This document shows positions 36,514 to 49,037 of a stretch of DNA of 64,000 bases, in pieces. The stretch covers positions 78,244,001 through 78,308,000 of the forward strand of contig NC_079168.1 in the NCBI RefSeq assembly GCF_947568905.1. The letters are read 5' to 3'. Made by a program: the position numbers and the translations under genes. The DNA comes from Ostrea edulis (Eukaryota). The notes under the pieces were generated by a model. The model saw only the letters and a program-made list of their open reading frames with translations, was not told the DNA's origin and did not search any database. How positions within the stretch are numbered: the first letter of the stretch is position 1; each line of letters begins with the position of its first letter.

Positions 36514-38262
36514 TATATATTATGGGGTTATATATATATATATATATAACCCCATGTGTCATTCTATGGCTCACTGAGTGAATAATCTGAACTTTATTAA
36601 TTACTTAAAACATTATATTATACCGTAGCTGCAGAAAAAATATTGGAACAGATTAGAGAGCTACAGATCCACCCCTTATAAAAATCCTTCGAAGGCGCAC
36701 AAAAAAAAAAAAAAAACAACAATGCACGGTTGGTCCCTCATATCGTTGTATTCTTGTATTGCCGTCTCATAAATTCCTAACATATTTACCCACCATACTT
36801 GTGTACAAGCATACCTTCAAATATTCATTAAAGCCCCATACAAACCGAAAACTCTCAGCTTTTAATGATTTCGTTCGTTGACGTAGCCATGTTAGGTAGC
36901 CAGTCAGTTCGAATCCATACTTACACATTGAATTAATTTCCCCATCAATGGTTTTAGCTAATATTTTAGACAATAAATCACCCCAGTTTGGATAAATGAT
37001 AATTATTAATCATATAGATATCGCTACTAGAAAAAGTTTATACTCTTGCCTTTTGCTATCCTACTAATTGCATTACAGTATGTTGACACTATCATATCAA
37101 ATAAAACCTCAACACGAACTTTACTGATTTATGAATACTAACACCTCATCGAATACATCTGAATTTAAAATTTCGACGTACAGCGGTATGTCTATTTTCA
37201 GTATATATCCATTGCGCCAGATCTACGAAATGAAAATATTTATGAATAAATTACACTCAAGCCTGAAAGTCATCATTATGGCATGTTACAGAAACGTTAA
37301 AACACACATATGCTACAGTCCTGCAATGCATGCATGCGAATTTTTTTTAATACATGTATTTATGTATTCGTGAATAAAGTTCCTACGCTAAAAAATATCT
37401 TGGTCTTTATGCATTTTGTTTTGTGATTTTGGTTTACCATTCCTTACACTGTGTAAATGAAAGAAAACTTGGTAAAGGATGCAATTCTACACTTGCAAAG
37501 CAAATTGTACATGTAATAACCAGAGATGTATCGTCATTTTTCGGGGGTGGGGGTGGGTGGAAAATTGGATTCTTCAAATTTTCTTGCCATTCAAAACAAT
37601 AATTTAAAAAAAAGATGAACGAAAACAGCAATAAAATAAAACCAAAAACCTAAACAAACCAAGATGTTTTGTTCGATGTTCAAAGTCCTAATGTGGAGGT
37701 GAAAGGTTAAAGAGTCTTTAACTTTGACAGCCTCAATAATTTCCCCCTACACTTCATTTTCTTCAATCGTTGGGGATGGGATGTTATATCAAAACTTTCA
37801 TGCTGGGGTCAAGTGCGGAGGGGGGGGGGGGTGTCACCCAATATATCTATTATTTGCATTACAAAATAACAAATAATGAATATTGTTGATAAAGGTGAAG
37901 GACATACACTCTTGTCCCCTCCCATTGATTCTATGTGCTTGATAACGACGCATAATATGATAAACTCAATTATTCCATTTTGCACTAGTACAATTTGCGT
38001 ATAGTTTAACGTAGAATGTAATAACGCAAAATGGCATAGATATATAAGATCTATTGAATGCCAAAATAGCATAAAATGAAGTAATTGAAAATAAGATTTT
38101 TAAAGATATGTTTAATTTTTAATTATTGCGTGCTTTAAATGAATCAAATAAATCTGTATTATCAATTAATGAGAGCAATATTGAGTTACTGTTCTCGTAT
38201 ATTGAATTAACGATATAATTTGTCTTAATAATAGTGCGATTATTACAAGAGCACCGTTTGAA

Positions 38263-38264
<2 letters not shown>

Positions 38265-38313
<49 letters not shown>
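38265..38313. repeat. (CT)n microsatellite
   Basis: Directly visible. Confidence 0.95.
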
Positions 38314-38317
<4 letters not shown>

Positions 38318-38532
38318 CCATACACTGGTACAGTGTTGTATTTGCAAATTATCTATGCACAAACAATTTATGTACCTAAATGATTTCCTGATTTATAAAT
38401 CTGCAATCCTCTGACCAGTAAATCATACGGTATAAGGATTCATGCACAATACAGGGTAAATATTATACTCTGATACTTTCCTTGATTGAAGATAGCTGAT
38501 CTACACGGGCTGAGTGTGTCGCAGTTTGTACG

Positions 38533-38669
38533 ATGGACAATGGTATTTACTGTTGGAATACAAATGGAGTGTATCGTTTTGTTTCATGGATTATGCTAGT
38601 TTTACTACCACTTAGAGTATTTTCGACAAGTATACTGCCGTCCTTTACAGATATTACAACTAGACCCAG
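38533..38669 (+). CDS. Possible first coding exon of an unidentified secreted or membrane protein
   Basis: MDNGIYCWNTNGVYRFVSWIMLVLLPLRVFSTSILP... has a hydrophobic stretch and ends at donor AG|GTAAAC. No partner exon was found. Confidence 0.3.
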
Positions 38670-38969
38670 GTAAACAGTCGTCCGCATTCGATGCTTTTTC
38701 ATGGCGAGCATACATGACCATGTCATCTTTAAAAATACAGTAGCATTTATGTATTTGCATTTTGCTTGAAGTAAGTGTGAATGGTATAGATTTTATACCC
38801 TTTGCTTATTCGAGTTTATCAATAGATAATAGATGAAGTCTTTCTCCGCGTTTTTGTATAGTTTTGACATATTTATTGCAAATGTACGCACATTCACGTA
38901 AAGAAAAGGCTTTCTATATTTATTTATCCAAAGCTTTTAGAATGATTTACTACTGTATGATATGTTTAT

Positions 38970-40260
38970 TGTAATTTTGAGCACTGCGTGGTGTTCCAAA
39001 ACGTGGTTTCATTTCTTCTTGATGTCCTATAGGAGTTTTGCGACGACTGCGGATTCGGAATGTTGACAGCGGACTTGGACATTTTAAGGGAAATGTTCAA
39101 AGCATGTTTTTGGTTTATGAAAGATAACAGTGCAGTAGAACAGCTCTTTAGCACAGCACTTTATAGGATTTACAGATGCTGTCTGAGTGCTGCAAGTTTG
39201 CAAAATTCTTGTAATGGGACATTGAACATTAAGGAAATGGAATGGTATAAAACATTATATTTTGAATAGCGCTAAGCACTTTTATTCAGTTTATGAGTAA
39301 AATGTCCGGAGTTTACACATCGATAAATTCTTCAAAAAGAATGTTTAATCCTATAATAACTATACCATTTCAAAACGAAGCATTACAGATGTATAATTCC
39401 AATGTTAGTTATTACAATTGTTTTGATTGGACAAAAATAAAGCTGAACAAGAGTTTACACATCAATAAATCAGAAAACGCGATGTATTCATACACGCCTG
39501 AAAACAAATAACATAGTGCGGGGAAACTATTAAAAATTTTGCAATTGTTAATAAAGTGAATGAATTGGAATTATAAGAATCAAACATTCTTTTTGAAGAA
39601 TTTATCTATGTGTAAAGTCCGGATATTTTACTCACAAACTTAACATAAAAGTGCTTCGCACTTTTATTTAGTTTGTGAGTAAAATGTCCGGAGTTTACAC
39701 ATCGATAAATTCTTCAAAAAGAATGTTTAATCCTATAGTGTGGTGTGGAATCATATATTTCACCCCACAGTGAATATTCATTCATCTTGCCTGGAAACAA
39801 GGCCTGCTATGATGAAAATCATTCGTCGCAGTTTTCGCCTTTGTTGCCTCCACACGCTGCTTAGAATTCTGTAGGACTTCATGTTACCGATATGGCGTAC
39901 AATGATAGATCTATATTTCGTTATAATTCGGTTTACTTTTCGGCGCTTCCTTCTGTCATGCGCATCTCTTCGTCGTATCTGTTGCTCTTTGTAAGGGGTC
40001 ATAACATGATTCTTGTTGGGATAAATCTTATCTCCAAGTAAAAGACAATCCTCAAGGAAGGGAAGATCTGCACCACCAGGGAGACGTGCAACTTGTTGAG
40101 CATCATTAAGGTGTCCTGGAAAACCACATTCAATAAATCGTATATGCCCTTGATTATGAACGATAACTTAAGCATGGATTGAATGATATCGACGGTGGCC
40201 TGAAAAATAAAGTTGTTGAGGTTCTGTTTGTGATTTATATATAGAAGTTCCATTTATTGT
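38970..40260 (-). pseudogene. Degraded intronless ORF remnants, possibly with a RING-like Cys pattern
   Basis: Fragmentary ORFs with a hydrophobic stretch, an Arg-rich tail and a C..CC..C..CP.CRC pattern pieced together across frameshifts. Confidence 0.25.
39582..39728. repeat. 147-bp imperfect palindrome with a 3-nt loop; a third arm copy lies at 39275-39357
   Basis: Arms 39582-39654 and 39658-39728; loop ttc. Confidence 0.9.
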
Positions 40261-40904
40261 ATAATGTTTCAATAAAGTGTCAATCAAATAAGCTGAAGAT
40301 CTGTGGCTATCTTGGTTGTCCAAATATTTTCCTATGGAGATACATGTCTGCACCAAGACTGTCCATATGATGTTAGCTTACTTAGAATATGCATTTCATT
40401 ACACGGAGAGGACAGTTATTAACAGAGCATCTATAGTTTGTGGGGGAAACATATGGTACTTAGGAAAATATAATGAGAATACATTGTGAGTAAACACACA
40501 CGTTGTTTACATTGCAATATCTAAAAATGTTCTCGTGCTAGAAATGTTAAGATTAAAACCTTTGCATTACAGATATATTTCTCAAAAATCATATTATACA
40601 GATTTTGAAACGTCCCCTAGCAAAGTCCGAGTCCGCTGTCCGAATCCGATGTAGCCGCAAATCTCCATAAATTAGTATCGGAGATGTACGTGTTATCTGT
40701 CAAAGCTACCCGCACAGGTACATGTAAATCGAAGACACTGATGTGAAGTGAAGCGTAGAAAAACTCGTCCCCTTATATACCATGCGAACCCTGATACATA
40801 TAACAATATAATATCCAACTAAAATGGCAGATTAGCAGGGAAATATGGCGGACATATAGAATTATACTATTTTTATTAATTTATGTCAGCTTTAAGCACA
40901 CCGA

Positions 40905-41030
40905 TGGCATCCTTCAGACGCCCCAGAAACCTGAAGGACATGATAGTAAGGACGATACTGGATAACCCTTTACCCAATGGAGGTTTCAAAACATGTTCAT
41001 ACCACAGATGTCAATTATGCAAATATACAT
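40905..41030 (+). mobile_element. Penelope (Neptune/Poseidon-type) RT-EN linker fragment
   Basis: PMASFRRPRNLKDMIVR...C..RC..C motif. Confidence 0.65.
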
Positions 41031-41639
41031 GTAGCTCAGACATTGAGGGTGTAGCAGTCCTGTCACAGGTCGCAGTATTCTTTTGTAATGGAGGTACGTT
41101 CAGTATTCTTTTGAACACTTGGGTGGGTACAAGATGTATACATATATTATAGACTAGCTATGTAAATAAGATTAAAAGTTATGAAAACGTAAATTTTGTT
41201 TATATCAGCCGTTGGTATACATTAAACTGACCATATGATGAATAATATTGATTTAATTGGCCATTAAATTATATATGAAATTTCCTCTTTGTATGAGTAA
41301 TACTTTAATCAAAGAAAGATGGTGATTAGCTATTTTTGTTTGAGTTATTTTATTATCAAATACTCATAACCTTACTAAAATTGTGTGGACCAGCCATTTG
41401 GGTGATTGCTTGATGTCTGATAATCATCCTTTAGACAATATATGAAGACAGTGATAAGCATTTGTACCCAACGCGTGTGGACAAAAATATGTTTTGCGTC
41501 TCACTGAGCGTGATAATTCCACAAAGGGAAAGGACTATTGGGCAACTCGGAAATTGGATATTCGCTCCACACTTAACATTTATTGACAAGCATAACTCCA
41601 AATACATGTAGTCTGTGCGTAGGCGCCTGGATATAGGAT

Positions 41640-43560
41640 ATTGCACCTATTTCAAGGTAAACCGATCCTGATTGATAGTGAAATAAAGCAGAGGGTCAAG
41701 GACCAGTTTCAAGAAAATTTAGGGTCGGGTGCAAGGCCTGTATGGTTTCAAGTCAAAGGCAGCTTTGCTGGGATTTCCCATAGAAAGGTGAAAAACATTC
41801 TTGACTCTTCGAAGACCAACCAAGAACAGAATGCACGATTTACAAATGCTGTTCCACCAAAGCCTGTGAATGAACGTTGGCAGCTTGATTTAATTGAGAT
41901 GATGCATGAAGAGGTCATGCACAATGACCAACCACAAAAGTACATCCTCTCTATCCTCGATGTGTTCTCCTGTTTCAACATATTGCGCCCTTTAGAAATT
42001 AAGAAAAGTGCGACTGTCACAAGAAAGCTCAAATGCATTTTTGCGGAACATGGGAAACCGAAGATCGTTCAAACCGATCAGGGTTCCGAGTTTAAGGGGA
42101 AGACGGAAGAACTGTTGCGTTCAAAGAACGTGATAATAAAGAGAAGCAGGCCCTACAACCCTTGTGTGAGCGTTCCCATAGGGAGGATAGAATGAAAATT
42201 TCTTATATGACAGGGAGAAAGAGGGGATTCAATTGGGCCAAAACATGTATTCATGTTTTCGTTCAGCAATCGATCAAACCGCAAACCGTGCGGGAGTATG
42301 GAAGACAAGTGGATTTCGGTGACGGATGTCACAAGCACAGCAGCGATGAAAGAACACGAAAGAAGAAGAAATGCCCGGAAAAACATGCAACGGGCTATGA
42401 AGTAAGAGGAGCACAAAAAGAAATTTGCAATTCCTTTGAGTCACAGTGAAAGAATATTCAATTTACAGGAAATAAATGTCAGAGTGGTTCTAGACCCTAC
42501 GGACAGTCCAGGCAACTGCCAGTTTGAATCCGTTGCTCAATATGGCATCCACAGATCGGCGAAAACCCTCCGCGAGGAAGTCGTAGGTTACATTCAGCAC
42601 AATATACACGAATATATACCATTCATCCAAGGGAATGTAGGCGAGTATGTGTCCGAAATGAAAAAGGACGGCACATACGGGGACCAGCTGACATTATTTG
42701 CCATTTCCGATGTGTACTACGTGCAGATTCTGGTCATTTCAGCGCAAGGACCTGAGTACTCGACACTCATTACACCCATTAAGATGACTTACAGCTCTTG
42801 AGTATTCACAATCACACTTGGGTATCACCCAGAGCACTTTACCCGCATTTCGGTGCCCAAAAAACCTTCCGACGCATGATTTCGAGAATCGCCCCAGATC
42901 ACGTTATCGCCTCTGCCGAATCCGTCGATGACATTTCTCAGCCGGAGGACAGTGGTGGCGAGACCAGTGGTCTACCTGGGGATGACAGGGACCTACCTGA
43001 GGGGACAGTGACCTTCCTGGGAGTAACACTGACTTACCTGAGAGTGTCAATGGTGGCAAGGCCAGTGACCAATCTGGAGGTAACAGTGATGGTCATTTTG
43101 AGGCCGAAGACCCTTCCAGTCTAAATGGGCATGAGTGTTTGCCGCGGGAAATACAAGAAATCATCATTCATCACGCCATCCAAAGTGACCCCAGTAGTCG
43201 TTATACATTGCAAAATGTGAACAGTTTTTTCCGACAAGTTGTTTCAAACATACTATTGCCAAGAATTTACATAAACTTTGGTGTACTTTCCGATGTGCCA
43301 AATCCTGTGAATGTCAGAAGGCTGATCAGAGTTGCAGGTAGAGCAAGTGGTCTGGCCCTGGAACTAAGACGCTTGCTAAACTATCCTCAACGGATAAACA
43401 CTTGGTGTGGCACAGACAAGACGAATTCCGAAAGTTTTTCATTGTTGCCATTTGGAGAAACCGTAGGAATTGAATCAGATCTAATCTCTGATTACCTAAA
43501 AGTTGACATTCACAGGATTTGGAATTTGGGGAGCAACAATACCATGCTTGTAAATTAACT
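41640..43560 (+). mobile_element. Decayed retroviral-type (rve) integrase / Ginger-like transposase gene with OTU protease and F-box-like regions
   Basis: DDE motifs WQLDLIEM, VQTDQGSEF and CERSHR (after a frameshift); OTU-like PGNCQFESVA..LREEVV..GTYGDQLTLFAIS (42436-42801); F-box-like LPREIQEIIIHHAI at about 43139. TIRs were not located. Confidence 0.75.
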
Positions 43561-44625
43561 AAATTCATAGGGTCCTTGTTTTATTTTTTACCCCTAACTC
43601 CTCTGACCAGAATTGTAGGGGTCCATTGGAAAGACACTGTGATTCCTTTGGCTTCCTGGGTCATATCCTGGCGATTGGGACTGGAATTACATCTCCGAAT
43701 CAATGGGTAATCTCGGATAAAGATTCATAACTGCAACAAATATTCGGATTTCAGTGTTCAGACATATGTGGTCATACAAAGAAGAAATTTGTTTGTGCAT
43801 TTTGAGCTTTTGGTGAATATTTTCAGATGATTTTCACTTATGGATTTGATTTCGTATATTTTACTTTCATGCTTACCGCTGATACAGTAATTGACCTAAA
43901 TTTTTAAAATTAATAATATTAGAGGGGAAGCCGTGTGTGACTGATTCAGATGGAATTACTTCTGAAAACCGTCCAAAGCAAAGAGCTGCCGAGAAAGCAA
44001 AGGAAAAAATCAAGGACTGGTTGGATGCGTAACTACTCTTTGGTTGTGGGAGTGTTGCGAATCCGCAATTATATTAACATTTTAAAATTATTTCCTGCAT
44101 TTCTAGTTATTCTGATTTATTATCTGTTTCATTTTATTTGTTATATGGAGAATTTTGATTATTCAGTTTTTGTCTTAGTATGACTTGTCATTAGTTTTTA
44201 GTCTGTGTCCGTTTTTATCCGATTGTTTACATTTTAACATTATTATGATAGGAAGTGAATTGAGCAGAAGATAGCTGGACCAACTTGATGAGTAGATACG
44301 TAGTGTTGATGATAATTGTAAAGAATAAATAGAGAAGTGAGAGTAGCAGGAAGTATATAGTAAAGTAGTACATCAGTTGAATTTTACATAAGTGTATTAC
44401 TGATAGAAACTGGTTTGTGTTTTGATTTTGTCTATTACCTAGCATTTATCCGTAGTAGATAGTTGAAGATTATATTATTCTGTATCCAATGTGGCGATTT
44501 TAGGTTTGTATGATTTAGATATATATTGATCTATATTATTTAATTACATATTCATTTACATATTTCATAATTATTGAATGTGATATATTTGTTTTATAAT
44601 GTATCTGTATATGTGTATCGCAGTA

Positions 44626-44987
44626 TGTAAAACTTATACGGTACCAATTTTGTTGCACCAGATGCGTATTTCGACAAATGTCTCTTCAGTGATGCTCAAC
44701 CGAAATCTTTGAAATCCGAAATAACTATGAAGTATTAGAGCTAAATATAGCCAAAAACAGCGTGTCAAAAAAGTGAAGCCAAATTCGTCCAAGGATAAGA
44801 GCTATGCATGAGGGAGATAATCCTTAATTTTGAAATGAATTTCTAAATTTTATAACAGCAATTAAATATACATCCGTATTTTCAAGCTAGTAACGAAGTA
44901 CTTAGCTACTGGGCTGTAGAGACCCTCGGGGACTAACAGTCCTCCAGCAGAGGCCTCGACCCAGGGGTCATAATGTAAAACTTATAT
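44626..44987 (-). mobile_element. Hammerhead-bearing repeat monomer; HHR at 44655-44695 is mutated
   Basis: Full ~350-nt unit; loop II deletion and a stem III change. Confidence 0.8.
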
Positions 44988-45009
44988 GTGTGTCAGTATG
45001 TGTTTTAAT

Positions 45010-45250
45010 GTTTATTGAATGTGTGAACTTTGAATTTGTGATCCGTGTGTGAATTCAAGGAACAAAGCAGCCTTCGCCACAGCATCAGGCAGAGAGTTCC
45101 AGAGTGTAACTGCTGCCACATCCAAGCGCCTGTTTTCATATGTGAAGGTTCGACATCTAGGTCTAACTAATGTCAGTGAATTTTCAGATCTTGGGGAACG
45201 ATTTGGTTGGTAAACAGTGATCACCTCCTCCAAGTATGTTGGTGCCATCT
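45010..45250 (-). mobile_element. L2/CR1-clade LINE 3' fragment
   Basis: HKMAPTYL..YQPNRSPRS..VAAVTLWNSLP. Confidence 0.7.
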
Positions 45251-45575
45251 TATGAATCACCTTTATTCTTTTTATCAATTTTGTTCATCATAGTTTTGAT
45301 GTTTTTTATTGTTTATTTTTGTCGTAGGTTTTTTTTTTTGTTCGTTTGTTGTTTCTTTTTTTGTTTTTTGTTTTTTTTATTGCATTTGATTGACATGTTG
45401 AGTGGTAAATTGCTGTTCATGAATATATGTTCATTAAAATTAAACTTGTGCACGCAGCGTTGTTTATGCCGAATTTAAATATTTTATTTTCTAGTCAAGC
45501 CATGACAAATGGTAGTACTTGCTTTGAATTTCACTCGGTGTGCTCATGTGTATTTGTATGTGTGTTTGCGATACT

Positions 45576-45885
45576 TATCACTGAAGAGACATTATTTGTC
45601 GAAATCCGCATCTGGTGCATCAAAATTGGTACCGTATAAGTTTTACATTATGACCCCTGGGTCAAGGCCTCTGCTGCTGGACTGTTAGTCCCCGAGGGTC
45701 TCTACAGCCCAGTAGCTAAGTACTTCGTTACTTTTTTGGCACGCTGGTTTTGGCTATATTTAGCTCTAAAACTTCATAGTTATTTCGGATTTCAAACATT
45801 TCGGTTGAGCATCACTGAAGAGACATTATTTGTCGAAATGCGCATCTGGTGCATCAAAATTGGTACCGTATAAGTTTTACATTAT
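45576..45885 (+). mobile_element. Hammerhead-bearing repeat with two HHR motifs and an internal deletion
   Basis: Degenerate HHR at about 45576-45618 and an intact HHR at 45809-45852. Confidence 0.8.
45809..45852 (+). ncRNA. Minimal type I hammerhead ribozyme, intact
   Basis: Identical to the 31542-31585 motif. Confidence 0.85.
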
Positions 45886-45899
45886 CATGATGTATGACA

Positions 45900-46340
45900 C
45901 GCCATATTTATATGCACTCCTCTACAAAGGTATCTTATATAATTTTTGAGATATCTTTTATTTTCAATAAGATATCTAATAAATGTTATAAGATGTCTCA
46001 TAATTTACAGTTGATAGTATACCTCATAAAATATATAGGATATCTTTTGAACTATATAATATATCTCATAAACTTTATAAAATATCTTGTATATTATACA
46101 AGTTATCTTATAAAGTTTATTAGATATCTTATAAAACATATCAGATATATATTTATGAAATATCGTATAATAGTTTATGAGATATCTTAAATCAAAAACG
46201 TTAATAAGACATCTTATAAAATTTATGAGATATATTATATACTATATAAGATATTTGATACATCAAATGAGATATCTTATAAAACATATTTCATTAAGAT
46301 ATTTCATATCTTTTATAAGATGTCTGATAAAATTGATGAG
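45900..46340. repeat. Degenerate low-complexity tandem repeat (gatatcttataa)
   Basis: Directly visible. Confidence 0.6.
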
Positions 46341-46768
46341 ATATTTTTTATGAAGAATAAATGTAAAAATGGCGTGCCATAAGGATGGTATGTACGATTA
46401 GTGTGTTGCTAAAATGTGCGACTCGTGTGTTTGCAAAATAAATTCACATCAAATTCCATCAAGAAATGCTCAGGTTTATTGTTTATTAGCTAAGCATCGC
46501 ACTTGACTTGTGTCACAAATGTCTGCACGCTTATGGGTGTGTAATGCAAAACAAACTTTATTACACATGAATGCACACACATGCGAACGCGCGCACACAC
46601 TCACACCGTCCCTCAAATACACACAGACACGCACGAACGAACACACACATAAGCACACAACTTTTCTGCAAAACAAAAGCAAAGTTGGGGTTTAGGACAG
46701 GGGGCTTGGGTGACGACCATTCGTGCTCGGGTATGTCCTAATATTGACGACCATTCGTGTCCACCCTC

Positions 46769-46898
46769 ACGGCACGTTCGGTCGCCGGGCGACGATACGT
46801 GCGGCATGTTAAGTCGCTGGCGACGAAACGTGCGCACGAATGGTCGTTGGCGGCGAAACGTGCCACACGTATCGTCGCCGGGCGACCAAACGTGCCGT
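46769..46898. repeat. GC-rich 130-bp foldback (MITE-like)
   Basis: ~33-bp inverted arms acggcacgttcggtcgccgggcgacgatacgtg with internal cgacgaaacgtg repeats. Confidence 0.7.
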
Positions 46899-47172
46899 AA
46901 CAAGGCAGTCATGGGATTGTTATGGGACTGTTAAAACCAATGGTCATTTTGCTTTTGAGGAACAACATCATGTTTAATGACCCAAAAATAACACCGTACA
47001 GTTTCTTCTCGGATCACTGGGTGTGTGCGGAGCTCATCTATGGTCATTGTAATTTACCTGGCCAAAAGATCAGAGTGTTATGTATAATTTTGATATACAC
47101 AGGACATGTCTCAGGGGTGTCTTGAACAATGGTTGTATATCTAGATAACGGGAGCTGACACACAGTCTACAC

Positions 47173-47176
<4 letters not shown>

Positions 47177-47216
<40 letters not shown>
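47177..47216. repeat. (CT)n microsatellite
   Basis: Directly visible. Confidence 0.95.
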
Positions 47217-47222
<6 letters not shown>

Positions 47223-47829
47223 CTCTCATTCATTGGCTGAATTAATTATTTCTTTTAAAAATAAAGAGCTATCATAAATTGATGATATAAATTATTTCAG
47301 TAAGTTACAAGTTTTAGAAATTAATGTGCAAAGATTGTTTGATTTCTGATTGTGTAATTTGTATTACATATATATAGAGGAGAAAAGATTACAATTATAT
47401 TAAAATTGCATTGTTAAAAATTTAATTACGAGAAAATAGCAGTTGTGGACAAGTCAATGCTATCAAAACTCAAGTATACTGGGGTTCCTCAAAATCGAAA
47501 GAATGCCTGTACTAATTGACTGTTATTGTTATCAAAACACCTCTCTGGGGTCTCTCCAGACAACAGTCTCTGCAGATGTCACTCCACCTAGGATTCATTA
47601 TTAAATGTTTGAACGACAGGCGACTTACCATTTGGGGGTGTTAACTTGAAATTGGGTCTTTAAAGCACAGCACATAATAAGGAAACAGAATAACATAGCA
47701 TATTCTTTATCTCGTAAACAGTTTCATCGGTTCAGACAACTAGTGCCAGGGTAGACGAACAACCAGAGATCATACCACAACAATTTCTAGTATTGATGTC
47801 AGAGATGAAGTAAACAATTTACTCCAGAT

Positions 47830-48376
47830 TGCAACAGCACAAAATACACAAGATACTTACAGACAAGCGTCAACAGCACAAAATACACAAGATACTTACA
47901 GACAAGGGTCAACAGCACAAAATACACAAGATACTTACAGACAAACGTCAACAGCATAGAATAAACAAGATACTTACAGACAAGGGTCAACAGCACAAAA
48001 TACACAAGATATTTACAGACAAGGGTCAACAGCACAAAATACACAAGATACTTACAGACAAGGGTCAACAGCACAAAATACACAAGATACTTACAGACAA
48101 GGGTCAACAGCACAAAATACACAAGATACTTACAGACAAGGGTCAACAGCACAAAATACACAAGATACTTACAAACAAAGGTCAACAGCACAAAATACAC
48201 AAGATACTTACAGACAAGCGTCAACAGCATACAATAAACAAGATACTTACAGACAAGGGTCAACAGCACAAAATACACAAGATACTTACAGACAAGGGTA
48301 AACAGCACAAATTACACAAGATACTTTCAGACAAGGGTCAACAGCACAAAATACACAAGATACTTACAAACAAAAG
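47830..48376. repeat. 39-bp minisatellite, ~14 units
   Basis: Unit caacagcacaaaatacacaagatacttacagacaagggt. Confidence 0.95.
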
Positions 48377-49037
48377 TTGACTTGTTTTGATGAATTTTGA
48401 GTTGATTGCAACTTGGAAAAGCTTTGGCCTCCTCTTTGGGTTAAAGAAACCACACCATCACATAAGAGTAAGTAATGAATTCAAGAAAAATGTGGTTGAG
48501 CTGTTTGTACAACTTTAAAGGGGTAATGCTGATCTTCGAAGGTGAAGGTTAATTGGTGATAATATTGAGCTGTTCACAGACAGCACTGGAACTTCAAAGT
48601 TAGGATGCGGTGCATACTGTCAGGGTCACTGGAGTTAGTGGCCATGGTCACATGATTGGAAAAGTTCAGTTTTCCAGGAAATGTCATTTCTAGAAATAGT
48701 GCCGTATTGACAATTTATTTGTGGGGGGTGTGAATAAAAAAAATCATAATGTATGTTGACAACAGTGCTTTGGTATCAATTATTAACAGGCAGTTATCAA
48801 AATCCAAGAGAGTTATGGGATTGAAAAGACCAATAGTTTTCTTGCTTTTGAGGAACATCATCATGTTCAAAGCACAACACATAATAGTGAAACAAAATAA
48901 CATAGCAGATTCTTTATCTCATAAACAGTTTCATCAGTTCAGACAACTAGTGCCAGGGGTAGACGAACAACCAGAGATCATACCACAACAATTTCTAGTA
49001 TTGATGTCAGAGATGAAGTAAACAAATTACTCCATAT

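Noticed and set aside
40600-44500. TIR/TSD boundaries for the integrase-OTU element
   Set aside because: No convincing inverted pair found by eye; boundaries left undefined.
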